A stretch of DNA of 64,000 nucleotides from an uncultured virus (IMG/VR IMGVR_UViG_3300025138_000029) (lineage: Duplodnaviria; Heunggongvirae; Uroviricota; Caudoviricetes). The translations under genes and the position numbers were made by a program. Shown here piece after piece: positions 60,474-64,000 of this stretch (positions within the stretch are counted from its first letter, which is position 1; each line of letters opens with the position of its first letter). The notes under the pieces were generated by a model, which saw nothing but the letters and a program-made list of their open reading frames with translations, was not told where the DNA came from and did no database searches. The stretch lies in IMG/VR virus record IMGVR_UViG_3300025138_000029; one strand, 5' to 3'.

Positions 60474-62214
60474 TCAAAAAAATAATCAAAGTATTAGAAT
60501 AGTTAGGGGTTCTGACCGTTATGCGGGCGCACCTGATACGGATTTATCTATTCAGATACCATTAGAAAATTCTAAAAAAAGTATTATTGAGGGAGATAGA
60601 AATGTACTAATTAATTTAGAAGAAAGATTTGACCATGAAAGACAGATTTCAACAAAGTTTAGAATAGCCGGTAAAATAGTAAATTTATTTGATAATACGG
60701 TATCAGGAAGATGTTCTAATTATGCTCCCTTTGAAGAAGAATTGTATTATATAGACCCAACACAATCATTAGTAGCGGCTCAAGGAAACGTCGCTAACGC
60801 GGTTTGGACAGGGTACCCTCCTTATGATGAATTTAATTTTTTTAGAACATCAGGAGTGCCAGGTCATGTAGATTATGATAGTAAAAGTGCATCAACCTAT
60901 AATTGGTCAGTGTATTTAAGTTACTCTCATAAAAATGACTATAATCAGTCTATGAAATATACTGATGATGATACTAACAATAGTTTAACTTTTAATGTGT
61001 CTGACGGTATCCCATATTCAATTAAGAATCGTACAGTAAATGGAAAAAGAATGATTAGTTTTTATTGTGGATTTAAACATAACATAAAGGAAGGTGATTA
61101 TGTTTACTTGCAAACACCTGTAAATGGTAAAAATTTATTAGAAGTTTATAGTTTAGGAGACCAATCATATGGTAATGAAGATAAGATTCTTAATGTTTAT
61201 AACTATGGGTATACAGGTAATAGTATTAGTGACGGAGCTATGGGAACATTAAAAAGAGTTATTAACCCTAGCAATTCTGGAGAAACTATGTCAGAATACT
61301 ATGTAAGAAAACATAAGACATTAACTGAAGTAAAAAATGTAGATTTAACCCGAATGGGGTTTGAACAAAATAATTTTCCTGTAGAAAAAAAATTAGAGTA
61401 CTCCGCACTTACGCCAAATCAAACAACAAGGATATCAGTAAAAGATGGTAGAGGTTCGTTTGGTTTATCATTTGATAAAGATATAGATATTATATCACTA
61501 ATGGATAATCTTGATAGACCTGTGACAGAATTATTCGTTACGATAGTGAACAAAGGTTATATGGGATTTTTCAATCACGGTGGAACAGGACCCCCTAATA
61601 AAGGGTTAGAAGTTGGGTGGTCATTTAATTTTAGAAAGAGCATGATTGATACTTGGTGGTCTAAGTTAAATCTACAGAATAAAGATAATATAACTACAGA
61701 CTATTATGATAAACCGGGTGATAATAATTTAAATATAAGATTTTACTATAATAAAGATTTACCGATAGGAACAGAAATTAAAGGAGATATTTGTGAATGG
61801 AATAAATTCGACCAAAAAGAAACTATTCTATCAAAGATATCTCATAAATATTCTTTTAATCCTGGTGTAATAACAACATCAGGAAATGTTAATTTACCCG
61901 ATGGATACACATATAACCCACATCATTCAGTAAAACTAAGAGTTTATTCGGACTATATTGAAACGGGAGATAGAGAAGCTGTAAGTGGTGTTCCTGACTA
62001 TTCTTTCTTTTCAAATTTTGAGGGACAGTGGAGATGGAGAGATATATACACTTATGGGTATATAGACACCGATGGTAATGGAGTTAATTACCCATTTTTA
62101 AATGGGGAACATTATCCTTTTGCGGATGTGCTATTTTTACAGACTCCCTTAATGAAAAACAATAACGTCTTTAATGACATAATCTTTGACCCAATAACTG
62201 ACGATTGTGAATAA
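60466..62214 (+). CDS. Putative structural protein
   Basis: 582 aa; coupled in the baseplate operon. Confidence 0.6.
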   Translation: MGNQKNNQSIRIVRGSDRYAGAPDTDLSIQIPLENSKKSIIEGDRNVLINLEERFDHERQISTKFRIAGKIVNLFDNTVSGRCSNYAPFEEELYYIDPTQSLVAAQGNVANAVWTGYPPYDEFNFFRTSGVPGHVDYDSKSASTYNWSVYLSYSHKNDYNQSMKYTDDDTNNSLTFNVSDGIPYSIKNRTVNGKRMISFYCGFKHNIKEGDYVYLQTPVNGKNLLEVYSLGDQSYGNEDKILNVYNYGYTGNSISDGAMGTLKRVINPSNSGETMSEYYVRKHKTLTEVKNVDLTRMGFEQNNFPVEKKLEYSALTPNQTTRISVKDGRGSFGLSFDKDIDIISLMDNLDRPVTELFVTIVNKGYMGFFNHGGTGPPNKGLEVGWSFNFRKSMIDTWWSKLNLQNKDNITTDYYDKPGDNNLNIRFYYNKDLPIGTEIKGDICEWNKFDQKETILSKISHKYSFNPGVITTSGNVNLPDGYTYNPHHSVKLRVYSDYIETGDREAVSGVPDYSFFSNFEGQWRWRDIYTYGYIDTDGNGVNYPFLNGEHYPFADVLFLQTPLMKNNNVFNDIIFDPITDDCE

Positions 62215-63067
62215 ATTTAGATTTACCGTAAACGATAAAGACACACAATTTAATCTACCTATTGAAATTGATTTCGATAATTTAGGTAGAGAAGATTTAA
62301 TTAAACAATATGAAGATGATGTCATAGAACAAGTGATTAATCCTGTTGAAGATTTTGAAACGACACGTTACTCACATAATAAGTGGTTAAATGTTAATAA
62401 CATACCTAAAAACAGTACTACTTACGAATTTTCTTTTTTTAATCGTACAGTAGATGTCGATACAACTACACCGGCTAATAGTAATTTATGGGTTTCTAGT
62501 TATACTTATGTCGACCCTTCAGTCTATCAAAATTATAGTGGTATTACATTTACTAATAAAGAACTTTATTATTACGCCAATTCATTTAAGAGAAGTTTCT
62601 TTAAACTAGATTTTTATGATACTACTGACGCTCAAAATCAACAAATTTATTTCACAGTAGTTATACCGACACAACAAGGTGAAAAAACACAAGTTGATAT
62701 CGGTACACCTACAGTACCAAAACCAGTCGATATTAGAAAACCATTATTTAATTTAGACTATGTTGGAGATAAAGAGGGGTATTTTATTTATTGGTTAAAA
62801 AGTCGTGAATATATAGATTTAAATACTTTTTATATGTCGGCTAAATTTTTTAATGCTAAAATAGGACAATTTGTTAGAATGACAAATAGACCACAATCTA
62901 ATATATCTGAAAAATTTAATTTTGATAAGTCTGAATACTTTTATTACAAAGTTAACTTAGATGTTGATAATTATGAATATGAGGTTTTTGAAGAATATGG
63001 GGTAGGAAATAGAGTAGGTCAATTAAATAATGGTATAAAATGGTACGAATACGTTAATCCACAATAA
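62207..63067 (+). CDS. Putative structural protein
   Basis: 286 aa; GTG start overlapping the upstream gene. Confidence 0.6.
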   Translation: MNKFRFTVNDKDTQFNLPIEIDFDNLGREDLIKQYEDDVIEQVINPVEDFETTRYSHNKWLNVNNIPKNSTTYEFSFFNRTVDVDTTTPANSNLWVSSYTYVDPSVYQNYSGITFTNKELYYYANSFKRSFFKLDFYDTTDAQNQQIYFTVVIPTQQGEKTQVDIGTPTVPKPVDIRKPLFNLDYVGDKEGYFIYWLKSREYIDLNTFYMSAKFFNAKIGQFVRMTNRPQSNISEKFNFDKSEYFYYKVNLDVDNYEYEVFEEYGVGNRVGQLNNGIKWYEYVNPQ

Positions 63068-64000
63068 TGGAAGAAAAATATTACATAAAAGTTTCTCCTG
63101 AATCAATAAAAGGTGACGTTATTACTGAGTATTTCAGTGGTAATACTTTTGGTGTTTATACAGGTATGACTCAAGTATTGAGTGGAGGTACAGGAGGTAG
63201 TAGTTTACTTACGGGTTTAACCATACCTTTAGTGTTTAGACAAACTTATGAAAATTATGGGTTTTATACGCCATTTGACGGTTTCGCGTTACAAAAAGAT
63301 GTGGTTAGTAATTTTATAACCTCAGGAGACCCTGGAAACCAATACGTAATTAGAATTTTTAATACTTCTGACCAATATAAAGGGTTTTTAAAGTTAGCTA
63401 ATTATACTGTAAATTGGGGAGACGGTAATTCAGAGCCATTTACCACAAACTCTCCTCAATATTTGTCACATACTTATCCCAACGTTCCTACGAGTTATAC
63501 AATAACCTTAACTCAAAATAATCCATGGGGACAGACTAATATAGAAAAGAAAGTTTACTTACCGACAACGGGAGTTACGATAAATAATCCTTATGGTAAT
63601 ATTACGTTTACACCTCAAGGTGGAAGTTGGTCAGGTATACCAATAAATTATAATTATATTTTTACCGGGGACAGTTCAAATACCGTACAAAGTCAGACTT
63701 CTAATAATTTTACAACAGTACCATTTATAGTTAGTGGTTTTACCTCATCTAGATTATCTGAACTTAAATTATATGGTACAGTTCAATATGATATAACTAC
63801 TACAGTAGTTAAAGGGGGACAACCATACGGTAAAGTTAATCAAATAACGAGTGGTTATACTTCGTACACAATTAATGATGTTGATTACTATGATTACCCT
63901 GATGGTACTACATTATATATCGCCAATTCCTCAGGTTTAACAAGTTATGACCTTGTTGCCTCAGCAATAACTAAACAAGAAGTATTAATTAACGTAGTTG
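63067..64000 (+). CDS. Putative structural protein with PKD-like domain (runs off the window; not in the ORF track)
   Basis: Own translation MEEKYYIKVSPE...YTVNWGDG...SHTY; open to the end of the window. Confidence 0.75.
   Translation, partial: MEEKYYIKVSPESIKGDVITEYFSGNTFGVYTGMTQVLSGGTGGSSLLTGLTIPLVFRQTYENYGFYTPFDGFALQKDVVSNFITSGDPGNQYVIRIFNTSDQYKGFLKLANYTVNWGDGNSEPFTTNSPQYLSHTYPNVPTSYTITLTQNNPWGQTNIEKKVYLPTTGVTINNPYGNITFTPQGGSWSGIPINYNYIFTGDSSNTVQSQTSNNFTTVPFIVSGFTSSRLSELKLYGTVQYDITTTVVKGGQPYGKVNQITSGYTSYTINDVDYYDYPDGTTLYIANSSGLTSYDLVASAITKQEVLINVV

Noticed and set aside
1..64000. Stop-codon reassignment as seen in some large phages
   Set aside because: Conserved genes are full length in the standard code, and TAA, TAG and TGA all end genes at sensible positions
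1..64000. CRISPR array, tRNA or rRNA genes
   Set aside because: Intergenic gaps are short; no repeat-spacer pattern or cloverleaf recognised by eye (not scanned computationally)

Overview
AT-rich, densely coding 64 kb segment of a large myovirus-type (T4-like/jumbo) bacteriophage, standard genetic code. 1-8.3 kb (minus): glycan synthesis and decoration cluster (UDP-glucose dehydrogenase, UDP-GlcNAc 2-epimerase, several glycosyltransferases, sulfotransferase-like and methyltransferase genes) with dUTPase and a 3'-5' exonuclease. 8.3-14.2 kb: small hypothetical proteins including a stand-alone WYL, plus Cys-rich putative virion proteins. Then PolB, neck protein, a superoxide dismutase fusion and an SNF2 helicase, followed by a contractile-tail module (head closure, terminator, sheath, tube, chaperone, tape measure, very large baseplate proteins). 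A replication block (SSB, RecA/UvsX, 5'-3' exonuclease, DnaB, ATP-cone-NrdB, NrdA) interrupts the baseplate genes. The RNR type and the lack of Shine-Dalgarno motifs suggest a Bacteroidota host (inference). Main hypotheses: (1) a virion glycosylation system, pairing the glycan cluster with a [S/T]-G-x-T motif enriched in outer structural proteins; (2) shared basic-amphipathic leaders ending in [L/I/V]-x-E on SOD, WYL, HAD and metal-binding proteins, resembling capsid-targeting/prohead-protease signals; (3) a TATTTAT putative late promoter, the reverse complement of the T4 late promoter core. No tRNA, rRNA, CRISPR array, intron or intein was recognised. All product calls come from motifs read by eye, not from database searches.
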